64,000 nt of DNA from Octopus sinensis (Eukaryota): assembly GCF_006345805.1 (NCBI RefSeq), contig NC_043009.1:21824001-21888000 (forward strand). The letters are read 5' to 3'. The notes under the pieces were generated by a model. The model did not search any database, was not told the origin of the DNA, and worked only from the letters and a program-made list of their open reading frames with translations. The stretch's first letter is position 1, and every line of letters starts with the position of its first letter. This document shows, in pieces, positions 51,017 through 63,328 of this stretch. Position numbers and translations under genes: made by a program.

Positions 51017-52783
51017 CTTAAGATAAAAAGGAAAGAAAAAATATATCACTGTTTTTAGTTTGCATTATCATAAAGAAAGGAAGTAAAATAGAATAAAAAG
51101 GAGGCACAGATTAACAAATTAATGAAATTATAAAATTCTAAATTTTACAGTTGTTGTTGTTTAGCCTCAGCTCAGGCCTGATCAACTGTAAAATATGACC
51201 AATCTTTCTTCCACACAATGTTGGTTTCAAAATTTGGCACAAGGCTAGCAGTTTCAATTACATCAACCCCAGTGATAAACTGGTACTTATTTTATAAACC
51301 CCATGAGGATGAAAGGCAAAGTCAATCTTGGTAGAGTTTGAACTCAGAACATAAAGACAAATGAAAGGCCACTAAGCAGGTTGCTCGGTGTGCTAATGAT
51401 TCTGCCAGCTCACTGCCTTCTTCCCCATAATGTTGACCTTCTGGAACTCCCATCCTGCTCATTGTGTCTTTTCTGCAGGTGTTTAATTTGTAGTAGTTTA
51501 CGCAAAATATTAATGGCATCAATTTTGCCAATCTCAGAGGGCCTGTAAAAGCCATGGGTACTGCCCCTTACTCCAGACCCAACAAGTAAAATAGGAAATA
51601 ATGCCCAGAAAATAAAAAAAAAAAAACAGCCCAAGTTTTGACTCAATCCATTCTACTATAGGCACAAGGCCTGAAGTTTGGGGGAGGGGGATAGTCGATT
51701 ATATCGACTCCAGTACACAACTGGTACTTCATATATCAATCTCGAAAGGATGAAAGGCAAAGTCGACCTCGGCAGAATTTGAACTCAGAACGTAGCAGTA
51801 AATGAAATACCAATAAGCATTTTCCCTGGCATGCTAACGATTCTTTTTTTTACTCTAGGTACAAGGCCCGAAATTTTTGGGGTGGGAACCAGTCAATGAG
51901 ATCAACTCCAGTACGCAACTGGTACTTAATTTATCGATCTCGAAAGGATGAAAGGCAAAGTCGACTTCAGCGGAACTTGAACTCAGAACGTAAACACAGA
52001 CGAAATACTGCTAAGCATTTCGCCCGGTGGGCTAATGATTCTTATTTCTTTATTACCCACAAGGGACTAAACATAGAGGGGACAAACAAGGACAGACAAA
52101 AGGATTAAGTCGATTACATCGACCCCAGTGCATAACTGCTACTTAATTTATCAACCCCAAAAGGATGAAAGGCAAAATCGACCTCAGCAAAATTTGAACT
52201 CAGAACGTAAAGACAGACAAAATACCACTAAGCATTTCACCCAGCATGCTAATGATTCTGCCAGCTCACCACCTAAGACTGAGGCTAAACAATAACCTGG
52301 GATTGAATAATTACTCTATTACTATTTTACTTGTTTCAGTCATTTGACTGCGGCCATGCTGGAGCACCGCCTTTAGTCGAGCAAATAGACCCCAGGACTT
52401 ATTCTTTGCAAGCGTAGTACTTATTCTATTAGTCTCTTTTGCCGAATCACTAAGTAACAGGGACGCAAACATGCCAGCATCGGTTGTCAAGTGATGTTGC
52501 GGGGAGAAACACAGACATACAAACACACACACATATATATACACATGACAGGTTTCTTTCAGTTTCCGTCTACCAAATCCACTCACAAGGCTTTGGTCGG
52601 CCCAAAGCTATAGTAGAAGACACTTGCACAAAGTGCCTTGCAGTGGGACTGAACCTGGAACCATGTGGTTGGTAAGCAGGCTACTTACCACACAGCCACT
52701 CCTGCGCCTATAAGAACAGCAACAAAAGATTTTTTAAAATGATGTAAAAAAGAAAATAAGAAGCAGTTAGAGAATCATCTTAC

Positions 52784-52894
52784 CCATTGTTTCTTTTATC
52801 TTTTTTTTTCTTCTTCTGTTGTTGTTGTTGTTCTGAACCAGGTGAAGCAAATGCAACATTGAGTAAATCAATAGATTTTTCTGGATCTACATAT
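52784..52894 (-). CDS. ASNSD1: ASNSD1 exon
   Basis: 111 bp. YVDPEKSIDLLNVAFASPGSEQQQQQKKKKKDKRNN(G), with the conserved IDLLNVAF. Acceptor tacag, donor GTAAGA. Confidence 0.94.
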
Positions 52895-55077
52895 CTGTAA
52901 TGAAATTATATAGACCTATAATAAAATATGCGTATGTGGTGCATACACACAAACATATAAATATACACACATTTTCATATATGTGTGTATAAATATATAG
53001 TTGTATATATTTAGTTTTACTTGTATCAATCATTAGACTGTGGCCATGCTGGGGCACCACCCAGAAAAATTTTTAGGTGAATCAACCCGTGTACTTATTT
53101 TTTTCTTTTTATAAGCTTGTTACTTATTTTATTGACCTCTGGTTTGATGATGTTGGATCACAAGTGAGATCACATTAAGGACACTGGTGGTGAAGTGCTC
53201 CCCTATGTGCCATCAAGCACATGATAGACTGAACAAGTGATTGACTAAATTAAAATAGAAACAATCATTCCATTGCTATATTGCCTGCCAACATCATCAT
53301 CACCACCACCATCATCATTAGCATCACTGTCAGCATTGCTATCATCATTTTCATCATCTCCTCCCTCCTCATCATCATACACAAAAAGAAGAGGGCATCT
53401 GCTTGATCACTGGACCTTTTAGAAACAGCAGTAAATTTCTCTTAAATCACATCCCTACCTCCTTGAAAACAAAAAAAGGATACTTTGGACAAAACAGCTG
53501 CTGATATACGAAAAAGACACAATGGTCATGGTTAGAATGTTTTTCACCGTAGGTCTAGTCAATCAGCAACATCATTATTTTACCATGTTGTCATTGATTA
53601 GGTGTGGTTGTGTGGTAAGTAGCTTGCTTACGAACCACATGGTTCCAGGTTCAGTCCCACTACGTGGCACCATGGACGGGTGTCTTCTTGTGAGTGGATT
53701 TAGTAGACGGAAATTGAAAGAAGCCCATTGTACATATGTATATACATATGTATGTGTGTGTATATGTTTGTCTCCCCCCAACATTGCTTGACAACCGATG
53801 CTGGTGTGTTTACGCACCCATAACTTAGTGGTTCAGCAAAAGAGACCAATAGAATAAGTATTAGGCATACAAAAAAATAAGTCCTGGGGTCAATTTGCTT
53901 GACAAAAGGTGGTGCTCCAGCATGGCCACAGTCACATGACTAAAACAAGTAAAAGAGTATATCAGACAGATTTCACTGCTCCAAAGATTTTCTATTCCAG
54001 ATGCCCTTCCTGTCACCAACCCTCACCTGTTTCAAAGCAAGGTATTACTTGCCCATGGTTGCACAATATGCTTTCAAAGAATGGAAGTGAAGGACACTAT
54101 TTGCAAGAGAACAATCCTCGTTTACCACTATCACACATTGTCAAGACAATAAGATTCACAGACATATACAAACACACACACAGAGTTTCATAGAAACTGA
54201 AACTGAGCATTGTCTTACAACTTGGGTTTAATGCAAGAACTATTACAATTTTATTGAAAATCACAATGGCATGAAACTTGTGCCATGAGAAAACTTCTCA
54301 TTTTCCATTTCAATCACAAAACCATACCTTCTATGACAGGTATTGAATACTTCTCTCTTGTTCATTCAACATAACCAACATCTGTGTGTGTGTGTACATC
54401 ACATGCTTTTTTAAGTTTCTGGTGACCAAATTCACTCACAAGGCTTAGGTCAGCTTAGGGATTATAGCAGAAGACCCTTGCCCAATGTACCACACAGTGG
54501 GACTGAACCTGAAACCATAAAGCTGGTAAGCAAACTACTTAACCACATAGCCATAACTACCCAAACTCAAAATGCAAAGAATGAAAAATGTTGCCAACAA
54601 ATTAAGAAAAACAATTTGGTACAGGGATGCTGTGTGGTAAGAAGCTTGCTTCCCAACCACATGGTTCCATGTCCAGTCCCACTACATGGCACCTTGGGTA
54701 AGTGTCTTCTAGTATATACTCAAGCCAACCAAAGTCTTGTGAGTGGATTTGGTAGACAGAAACTGAAAGAAACCCATTGTGTGTGTGTGTATATATATAT
54801 ATATATAAATGTATGTGTGCATGTTTGTGTCTATGTGTGTGTGTTTGCACCCCCACCTCATCACTTGATAACTGGTCTTGGTGTGTTTATGTCTCTGTAA
54901 CTTAGCGCTTCAGCAAAGAGACTGACAGAATAAGTACTAGGCTTAAAAGTAAGACCTGCGGTCTAATTGTTCAATAAAAACACTTCAAGGCGGTGATCCA
55001 GCATGGCCACAGTCAAATGATTGAAACAAATAATAAGAAAAAAAAATAGAAACTAAAATCACAAATCATTTCTTTAC

Positions 55078-55826
55078 CGATCAGCAAGAGCTGCAATAAC
55101 AGCGGCGTCAAGACCACCAGAGAACAGAATGGCAACATTAGCATCTCCTAAGTAAATTGTCGGTTTGTGAAGATCAATTACTTTGGTCTCAGATGAAATA
55201 TGTTCGGAATCACAGCTATTATTCTCCTGCAATGGCAGCGATTCTTCAGAAACAACCAGATGGTCTGGATTCGATTCTTCAATTGAATGTAATTGTGAAA
55301 CGGAATCAGTTCCACAATGCAAATTAGAAAATGGTTCCATTACATCTCCAGAAGAGCATGTCTTGTATGAAATGTTATATTTCGACAAAGTATTAAAAGA
55401 TAAATTTTTGCTACTTAATAGAGAATTTGGGATTTGATTTAAGATACGAGTATTTACAGATTGTCCTAAAAAGTCAATTAGTTTCTCAGCTTCAGTTTGG
55501 AGGCCCAAGTCTGATTTCAACAAAAAGTCTAAATAAGAAACATCTAATTTATCTGTTGGTGGATGCTCATAGTTTGAAGATGGCATGTCTTTACAAATTG
55601 AAGGTAAGAATGTGTTTGTTGTTGGTGAAGAAATTTCTAATATTTCTGGGTGTAGTCCAGAGATAATGTTTGGATTTGATTGTAAGACATCGTCAAGGTT
55701 TTCCCCAGTCATTGGCCAAACAGCTTCTTTCCAAGGATGAAGAATTAATTGGTATGGTAAGGTCTTCAAATTCAAATTTTCAAATTTCATACGGAAAATT
55801 CCTACAGCTGGAATTTCTGTGTATTT
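55078..55826 (-). CDS. ASNSD1: ASNSD1 large exon
   Basis: 749 bp open frame from KYTEIPAVGIFRMKFEN to ANVAILFSGGLDAAVIAALAD(R), containing the PP-loop SGGLD. Acceptor ggtag, donor GTAAAG. Confidence 0.95.
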
Positions 55827-56172
55827 CTACCAAAAAAAGAAACAAAAAGTATAAACAAAATTATATCAATCAATATTGCTGTAAGGTGGATGATAGTGGT
55901 GAGCATGGTCTGAGTAAACGGACCTGCTCTGGGCATGCACTTGCAAATTAGAGAAAGGACAATAGGGTGAGGGTACTTTGCCTTAGTCGTCAGGGTAATG
56001 ATGGTTTTGTAGGGTTCCTACAATTACCCCTTAGACATTTCACCAACTCCTTCAAAGAAATTTTCTTTGTTTCATTTTTTGCCTTTTGTTTTTCTTATTG
56101 CCCATCTTTACATATTTTTATTATGTAATCTCACACTGTATCATACAGTACCATCCTCAGTCTTCTTATACA

Positions 56173-56213
<41 letters not shown>

Positions 56214-57099
56214 CTATCTCTATATATAAAACTGAAATGCGTTTTTACCGCTTGGATCACTTTCAATGCCACTACGACCCGTCCGATTCGCTCCAAAATT
56301 TACAGGGACATGTAGAATGAGGTGACGATGCCAGTGGGCTACCTTAGAAATCCCTATCTTAAAAAGTGTGGTTGCTAGGGGCCATCTTCCTCACTCACGT
56401 TATTTCCTATATTACCCTCTCACTCCCCTTCATTCCACTCCCGTTATTTAATGTAAGAACATTTTCACTCACTCTATCTCTTAGCTTCCCATAATTTTTA
56501 CTCATGTATCTCTATACAGAGAAATAAATATTCCATCGCCATCGCATTCTATTGTCTACCTGTCAACGCGCCCATCGACCAAATACAAACAGAACACACC
56601 AACGAGCATTTATATACATGTGTGTGTGTTCTATATATAAATATGTATATATAATGTATATATACAAAGTGTATATATCTGTATTTATGTATATTAAACT
56701 TTTTAATACTTTTTGATAGTTACGTAAAGGGAACTGGTTGCTTCTTTACATTTTTTGGGTGCAACTTGAGTGCGAGACAGATAATTTTCTCTGTTAATTA
56801 CGTGACCAACAGGGGTCTAACAGGGGGAAATTATGCCTACACATGAGCGCAGCGCATGTGAACATCCGACGTGCTTTGAGTCGGGAGAAGAATTGAGCTG
56901 ACGCAGACGTGTTGCAAAACAAGGGAGTACACGTGCAGAACAGAGGTGCATGAGTGCAATAGGGCTTGCTAGGCTGAAATACAGTGTACAGTATTGAATA
57001 TCCCAGTGATTAATGCGGTAAGGCTGAGGCTGCCAGCCAGTGCTTGAGCTATTATATGCCTCGGTCATGCAGGAACAAAAGTGTGGCATGCTGGCGCGT

Positions 57100-57578
57100 T
57101 GTAAGGGACAAACAACTTTCTCTATGTATGCGTGACCGACCTAGGGCCTTACAGAGATGAGTTGTGTTTACAAGGGCACATTGAGCATGGAAAACAAGCG
57201 AGAAAGGCATGTGTAGCGTATGAATGTGACAGAGATAGCATTTGTGTGTGTATTAACTATGTGTGTTCGTGTGTGCGACAGAAGTACAAACCAAGTGTAT
57301 GCGGGCAAAACAAAATACAGCGCATAGGAAAAGTCTCTCAGGCTATTTCAGACAAGATGGAGTTAATTTACCAGTTCGTAGTAAAGTACATAATAGCAGT
57401 TCGTAGTAAAGTACATAATAGCAGTTCGTTCTGTAACAGGATATTCGGATCACAAGTGCAGATGCCGGTTGAACACATGTCGTGTAGTGGTTGTGGCTTC
57501 AATGCTGTGCCAGGTTACATTGGTACAGAAGATCTCGCAGGTAGTGCTGTGCTGTTAACCTCGGTGAAAATCATAACA
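57100..57578. mobile_element. Solo LTR (Gypsy-like, 4-bp TSD)
   Basis: TGTAAGGG...CATAACA flanked by the exact direct repeat GCGT (57096-57099, 57579-57582). Internal 25-bp tandem duplication near 57373-57427. Confidence 0.75.
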
Positions 57579-57874
57579 GCGTGAAAGCTACACCTGAATG
57601 AGTGCTATGTACATATTAGTGTTGCTGGAGATGAAGGCGACGGAGATGGAGACGACGTGAAGGTGAAGGACGACGATGGTGATGGCGACGTTGAGATGAA
57701 GGCGTCGGTGGCGTTGCTGGTGTATGTTAGTGTCGTCATTGGCTGGAGCAGGAACATGACTGGATGGTCTGGTCGTCTGTCGCTGGAACTGGAACATGGT
57801 TGAGTAAGCTCTGTGTGGATGAAGACTGCGGCAGATTGATTGGTTCAGACTAGGTAGAAACTAGATTTTAGCTA

Positions 57875-58213
57875 AGTGTTCTATGGTCTATGACCAGAAC
57901 TCGGGAAACTTGCTTGAGTGTTCTATGGACTATGATCAGAACTCGGGAAACTTGCTTGAGTGTTCTATGGTCTATGACCAGAACTTGGGAAACTTGCTTG
58001 AGTGTTCTATGGTCTATGACCAGAACTCGGGAAACTTGCTTGAGTGTTCTATGGTCTATGATCAGAACTCGGGAAACTTGGTTGAGTGTTCTATGGTCTA
58101 TGACCAGAGCTCGGGAAACTTGGTTGAGTGTTCTATGGTCTATGACCAGAGCTCGGGAAACTTGGTTGAGTGTTCTATGGTCTATGACCAGAACTCGGAA
58201 AACTTGGTTGAGT
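57875..58213. repeat. 42-bp minisatellite, about 8 copies
   Basis: Unit TCTATGGTCTATGACCAGAACTCGGGAAACTTG(C/G)TTGAGTGT, head-to-tail with no spacers. Confidence 0.97.
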
Positions 58214-59253
58214 CCTCATCTTATAAAATGTGGCCTCAGTAGACCCAAATGAAATCGGGTTATATTAACCAAAATGTGAAAAGGGGTCTAAATAGGGCTG
58301 GAAGGGGATTAAAATTTAAAGGAGCGGGTGTTTAGCAATTCTCTGTTACATCAAGCTAAAAAATTTGCGCCAGCCTTTTAATCGTCAATGTGTTGCCGTC
58401 CATGATGAAGAAGTTTTGAATGCTTGCCATCGTGAGTCTACTGTCGTGAGAAAGAATCAATTCAAAACTTGGTTTTTAGGGATTTTCTTTTACATCAAGT
58501 TCATAATTTTACGCCAGCCGTTGAACTGTCAATACGTTGCTGTCCGTCGTTAAGAAATGCCAGCCATGGTGACTCTACTATCCTCAAATTCTATTCCTTC
58601 AAACTTTGGTTTCCAATATTTTATTATTTTTATTCAGCTCGCAAGTTCGTCTGTCCTTTTAAATGTTAGTGTTTTGCTCTCTGCCTTGAAGCAGACCTTT
58701 CCGTTGTTACTGCCTGATATTCATGATTGATCTTTCTAAATATTTTATTTCTCAACTTACTCAAGATCTTTTGTTGTTTATAAATGGGAGAGAGATAGAT
58801 AAAGATAGAGAGTAAGAGAAAGCGAGGGAGAGTCCGAGAGAAAGGAAGAGTAAGAGAGTGGGAAAGTGAGAGAGAAACAAAGAGGGAGAATCATCATCAT
58901 CATCGTTTAACGTCCGTTTTCTGTGCTAGCACGGGTTGGACAGTTTGACAGGGATCTGGGAAGCCAGGAGGCTGCACCAGGCTCCAGTCTGATCTGGCAG
59001 TGTTTCTACCGGTGAATGCCCTTCCTAACGCCAACCACTCTGTGAGAGTAGTGGGTGCTTTATCGTGCCGCCAGCACAGGTGCCAGGGGGGATGGCAGCG
59101 GCCACGATCGGTTGGTGCTTTTTACGTGCCACCAGCACAGAAGCCAGTCAAGGCAGCGATGCATTCCACCACGTTCGGATGGTGCTTTTTACGTGCTGAA
59201 AGGAAGCAACAACCATACTCTTACCCGCGCGTAGAGCGGGTCACCTTCAGCTA

Positions 59254-59293
<40 letters not shown>

Positions 59294-59574
59294 TGTTACA
59301 AAGGACATCCAGTCACAGAAACCATGCTAAAACAGAGAATGGAGAACCTGGTGCAACTCCAGGCCTTGTCATCCAATGCATGCCAACATGGAAAACAGAC
59401 ATTAAATGATGATGATGTTGTTGATGAATGTATGAATATTGCAATCTTCCATGAAATCATGTCCAGCTATTGTCCTGTTCATGTGTTCAGAAAACTAGGG
59501 GAAATTTTACCTTACATGGAAACAGATAAAAGTTGGTGACAGGAAGAGGACCTAACAAAATTTCATCTGACTCA

Positions 59575-60479
59575 AATCATCATCATCATCATTTAGCATC
59601 CGCTTTCCATGCTGGCATGGGTTGGACGGTGCAACTGGGGTCTGGCAAGCCAGAAGGCTGCACCAGGCATAGTCTGATCTGGCAATGTTTCTACGGCTGG
59701 ATGCCCTTCTTATTGCCAACCACTCCATGAGTGTAGTGGGTGCTTTTTACGTGCCACCGGCACAGGTGCCGGACAAGGCTGGCTATGGACATGATCGGAT
59801 GGTGCTTTTTACATGCCACCGGCACGGAAGCCAGTCGGGGCGGCGCTGGCAACAGCCACATTCGGATCGTTCACTTATGTGCTACCGGCACTAGTATCAC
59901 AGCTACAATTTCCATTGATGTTGATTGATTTTGATTTTGATTTTTGATTTTCACTTGCCTCAACAGGTCTTCACAAGTAGAGTTTTGTGTTTCAAGAAGG
60001 AAAGGTATGCATAAGTGGACTGAGGCCATGGGTTATGGTCTCACTTGTCCTGCTGGGTCTTCTCACGCACAGCATACTTCCAAAGGTCTCGGTCTCTAGT
60101 CATTTCCTTGGCGAGACCTAAAGTTCGAAGGTTGTGCTTCACCACCTCATCCCAGGTTTTCCTGGGTCTACCTCTTCCACAGGTTCCCTCAACCGCTAGG
60201 GTGTTGCACTTTTTCACACAGCTGTCTTCATCCATTCTCACCACATGACCATACCAGCGCAAACGTCTCTCTTGCACACCACAACTGATGCTTCTTAGGG
60301 TCTTTCCCTGTCTTCATGCTTCTAATTGCCTTAACTACCAAGGAACTGTCAACTCGGATAGCTGGTCCCTCAGTTGGGTCGACAGTTAGACCTTCCCTTG
60401 ACGTTGCTGCACCTCTTATGTGTCCATAGCTTACACTTGGTGCATCTTATAGAGTTTCTACCTATGCCTTTTCTACAAG
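59575..60479 (-). mobile_element. Rearranged 5'-truncated RTE-like LINE with ORF2 end and 3' UTR
   Basis: Minus strand CRKGIGRNSIRCTKCKLWTHKRCSNVKG ... QERRLRWYGHVVRMDEDSCVKK...GRGRPRKTWDEVVKH...TQQDK*, followed by the 3' UTR and a (GAT)n tail at 59575-59592. Confidence 0.88.
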
Positions 60480-60663
60480 AATGAAAATAGAAAAGTGAAT
60501 GTTAAAAAGATTATTATTATTATTAAAAAGTTTGTACTGGGTACAAAAAAAAATGACTCAGTACACAGAGTAAAGTGGCTGGCATTAAAAAGGCATCCAG
60601 CTGTAGAAAACATGTCTAGCAAACATTGGAATACAATGTGGTTCTTAGACCTGTCAGTTCCTG

Positions 60664-61122
60664 ATAACCCTTTGAACTGGGCTGAAACCGGCTCTGAGTA
60701 CAAATGTCTTGTTTTGAATTAAAATCTTCCACCAAACCTTAGTCACAATTTATGTTCCTAACACTAGCTGAATGATAACTAAGTTATTTTACTAAACTGT
60801 TTGTTATCTTTAAAATTAATTGAAAGAAACACAGAGCATCTCAACAGAAATATGGTAACAAAAGGGTTAAAATATATAATAGAGAAACAATTCTTAACCC
60901 TTTTGTTACCAACCCGGCTGAAACCGGCTCTGGCTCTTTAGTAGAGATGTCTTGTTTTCATAAGTTTTGAATTAAAATCTTCCACCAAACCTTAGCCACA
61001 ATTTATGTTCCTAACACAAGCTGAATGATAACTAAATTATTTTACTAAATTCTTTGTTATATTTAAAGTAATTGAAAGAAACACAGAGCATCTCAAAATT
61101 AAAACAGTAACGAAAGGATTAA
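60664..61122 (+). mobile_element. Two adjacent copies of the piggyBac-type MITE
   Basis: Copy 1 ends aaaagggTTAA at 60870. Copy 2 runs TTAAccctttt (60894) to aaaggaTTAA (61122). Internal sequences are nearly identical. Confidence 0.85.
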
Positions 61123-61437
61123 ACTGTCCAACACATACTTGCATGGAACATGGACTTTAGACGGTGATGATGATGATGACAACGATGATAATTATCATGA
61201 TGATGATGGTGACAGACAGATAAAATGTGTGAGTGTATAGATGAGGAATAGCTAAACAAAATTATCTTATACGATTTGGCTTCAGTTATATTCCTTTATG
61301 CTTGGATGGACTTAGTCATTCATTTCTAATAAAATCTAAAAACTAAGAACCAGAAAAATTACTGGTGGAATTGATATAATTGACTGAATTCTTTGTAAAC
61401 CAGTGCAAGAATAAGAAAAATATCATATGTAACTTAC

Positions 61438-61557
61438 ATGCGAACCAGCTTTGATAGAACTTAAGATGAAAAAATCCTCCAAAGATTCCGGGAGATGCCA
61501 CAAAAGACTTCTTCGTCCTAAAACATCACGTCCGAACCACAGTTGCTTTCTTTCAAC
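61438..61557 (-). CDS. ASNSD1: ASNSD1 exon
   Basis: 120 bp. VERKQLWFGRDVLGRRSLLWHLPESLEDFFILSSIKAGSH, with the hallmark LWFGRDxxGRRSLLW. Acceptor gtaag, donor GTAAGT. Confidence 0.96.
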
Positions 61558-62115
61558 CTTACAAAATAAGGAATCATTAAAAATAATTGAGTAGAAAATA
61601 TTAAGCTTTGAAAAACAGTGAATCAATTTACATCGTTTCTTTTTTTTTTATCATAACTTTTAGCATCCAATTTTTCATGCTTGCATGGGTCAGTTAAAGC
61701 AGATTTTCTACAGCTGGATGCCCTTCTTGTCACCAGCCCTCACCTGGTTCCAAGTAAGATAAACATTACTCTATGGCCAGACATGTTTTCACAGAATTTG
61801 AAAGGTATAACTTGTACGAGAGTGACACAGGTGTGTATGTGTGTGTGTATGGGGGGGGGGGTAGGAAGAGCATCCAGCCACAAAAACCATACCAAAACAG
61901 ACACTGAAACCTGGTGCAGTCTTCTGTCAAACCATCTAACCCATGCCAACATGGAAGGCAGATGTTAAATGATGATGATGATGATGACTGGTGTTTTTCA
62001 ATTACCATCCACCAAAGTTATTGTAGAAGTCATTCGCCCAAGGTGCAACACAGTGGGATGGAGGGAGGGAGGAAGGTGCTATTGTTGCTTATAACAAACA
62101 GAAACAAATACTAAC

Positions 62116-62238
62116 TTGCCAATAAATAAAAGCCCAAGGGCCCTGTAGATGTGAGAGCACAGACAAGATCTCCTCATCGGTGTGACAGTGTGACAGGGCT
62201 GTTAGCAATGCTTCAGTGTCATTGTCATCTTCTTGTAA
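62116..62238 (-). CDS. ASNSD1: ASNSD1 exon
   Basis: 123 bp. LQEDDNDTEALLTALSHCHTDEEILSVLSHLQGPWAFIYWQ. Acceptor ttcag, donor GTTAGT. Confidence 0.95.
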
Positions 62239-63328
62239 CTGAAAAGGAAAAAAACGATGACATAACAGCAATTATCACAGCAGTTATTTCTCTCTCCATC
62301 TTTCTCCCACCCCTTCCTTTATTTTGTCTTACAGTTTCTCTTTCATATATTTAGAGTAGGTGGCTGAACTAACAGTCAAGTCAGTTCATTACTTCAGTAC
62401 ATGATTGCCCTTAGAGATGGTGTGAGCACTGACTGAGCTATAAGGTGGGGGAGGGGGGCTGGCAGAATCGTTAGCACATTGGACAGAATGCTTAGCAGCA
62501 TTTCATCCATCTTTACATTTTGGGTTCAAATTCAGCCAAGTTGCCTTTCATCCTTTCAGAGTTGATAAAATAAGTACCTGTTGAGCCTTAGAACTGATGA
62601 AATCAGCTACCCTCCCACTCTTCCAAAATTTCAGGCTTTATGTCTATAGTAGATATTATTATTAGTTTCAGCTATATCAAATTAGTTCTCTTGGCTAACT
62701 ACAGGTCCCTTTTATATTCCTTAAGAAAATCAACCTTTGGTACAACACTGGTACACATTTTCTGGTGCTTGAAAAATTAATGGCAAAGATTACTCAGACG
62801 AGGAGAATTTAGCTGCTCTTTCTTGTAGACTGATTGAATGACCACATAGAGGCTCCTGTGTTAGTGTAACAAACCAATGAACCAAAAGTGAGTGGTATCA
62901 TGAAAGAGAAACAATGAAATAGTAAGGTAAGGTATGGCATAGTACATAGTATTACGTGCTACATAACACAGTGGGGTTCATAGTAGAATTATTTCTTTCT
63001 GGACTCTCCTCTCATAAAAGACAGATAAGGGTTCTGCAATTTCTTGCTGAACAGCCTAAACAAATCATTTGCTTATAGTGATGAAATTTTTGAGCTGTAC
63101 ATTAGTTCATTCTCTCCATTGAATTGACATTACCTGTACAGACACCTGGTATGCATCAAAGTGACTGTAGAGCAATGCGAAGTGAAGCGTTTTGCTCAAG
63201 AACACAATGCACCACCTGGTCCAGGAATTGAAACCACAATCTTGTGATTATTAGTGCAACACCCTAACCACAAAGCTGCACACCTTCAATTCATGCCAAA
63301 CATAGTATAATGGAATATAACAACTCAC

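Larger units (their letters stand above)
56213..59254 (+). mobile_element. Non-autonomous Helitron with nested insertions
   Basis: 5' a|TCTATCTCTATATATAAAACTG. 3' hairpin ACCCGC-gcgtaga-GCGGGT (59223-59241), then CTAG|t at 59251-59254. Both flanks are (TA)n. Pairing of the two ends as one element is inferred. Confidence 0.65.

Noticed and set aside
57875-58213. Regular repeat resembling a CRISPR array or a repeat-protein gene
   Set aside because: Units are contiguous with no unique spacers, there are no cas genes, and the context is eukaryotic. The ORFs have no splice or homology support.
56267-58350. Possible large LTR bounded by TG at 56267 and CA at 58350 with TCAA on both sides
   Set aside because: The left end is TGCC rather than a TGT-type terminus and falls inside the Helitron 5' region. 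A 4-bp match is expected by chance fairly often.
61560-61576. TTCCTTAT near an ASNSD1 acceptor, resembling a U12 branch site
   Set aside because: The donor of that intron is GTTAGT, not RTATCCTT, so it is a U2 intron.
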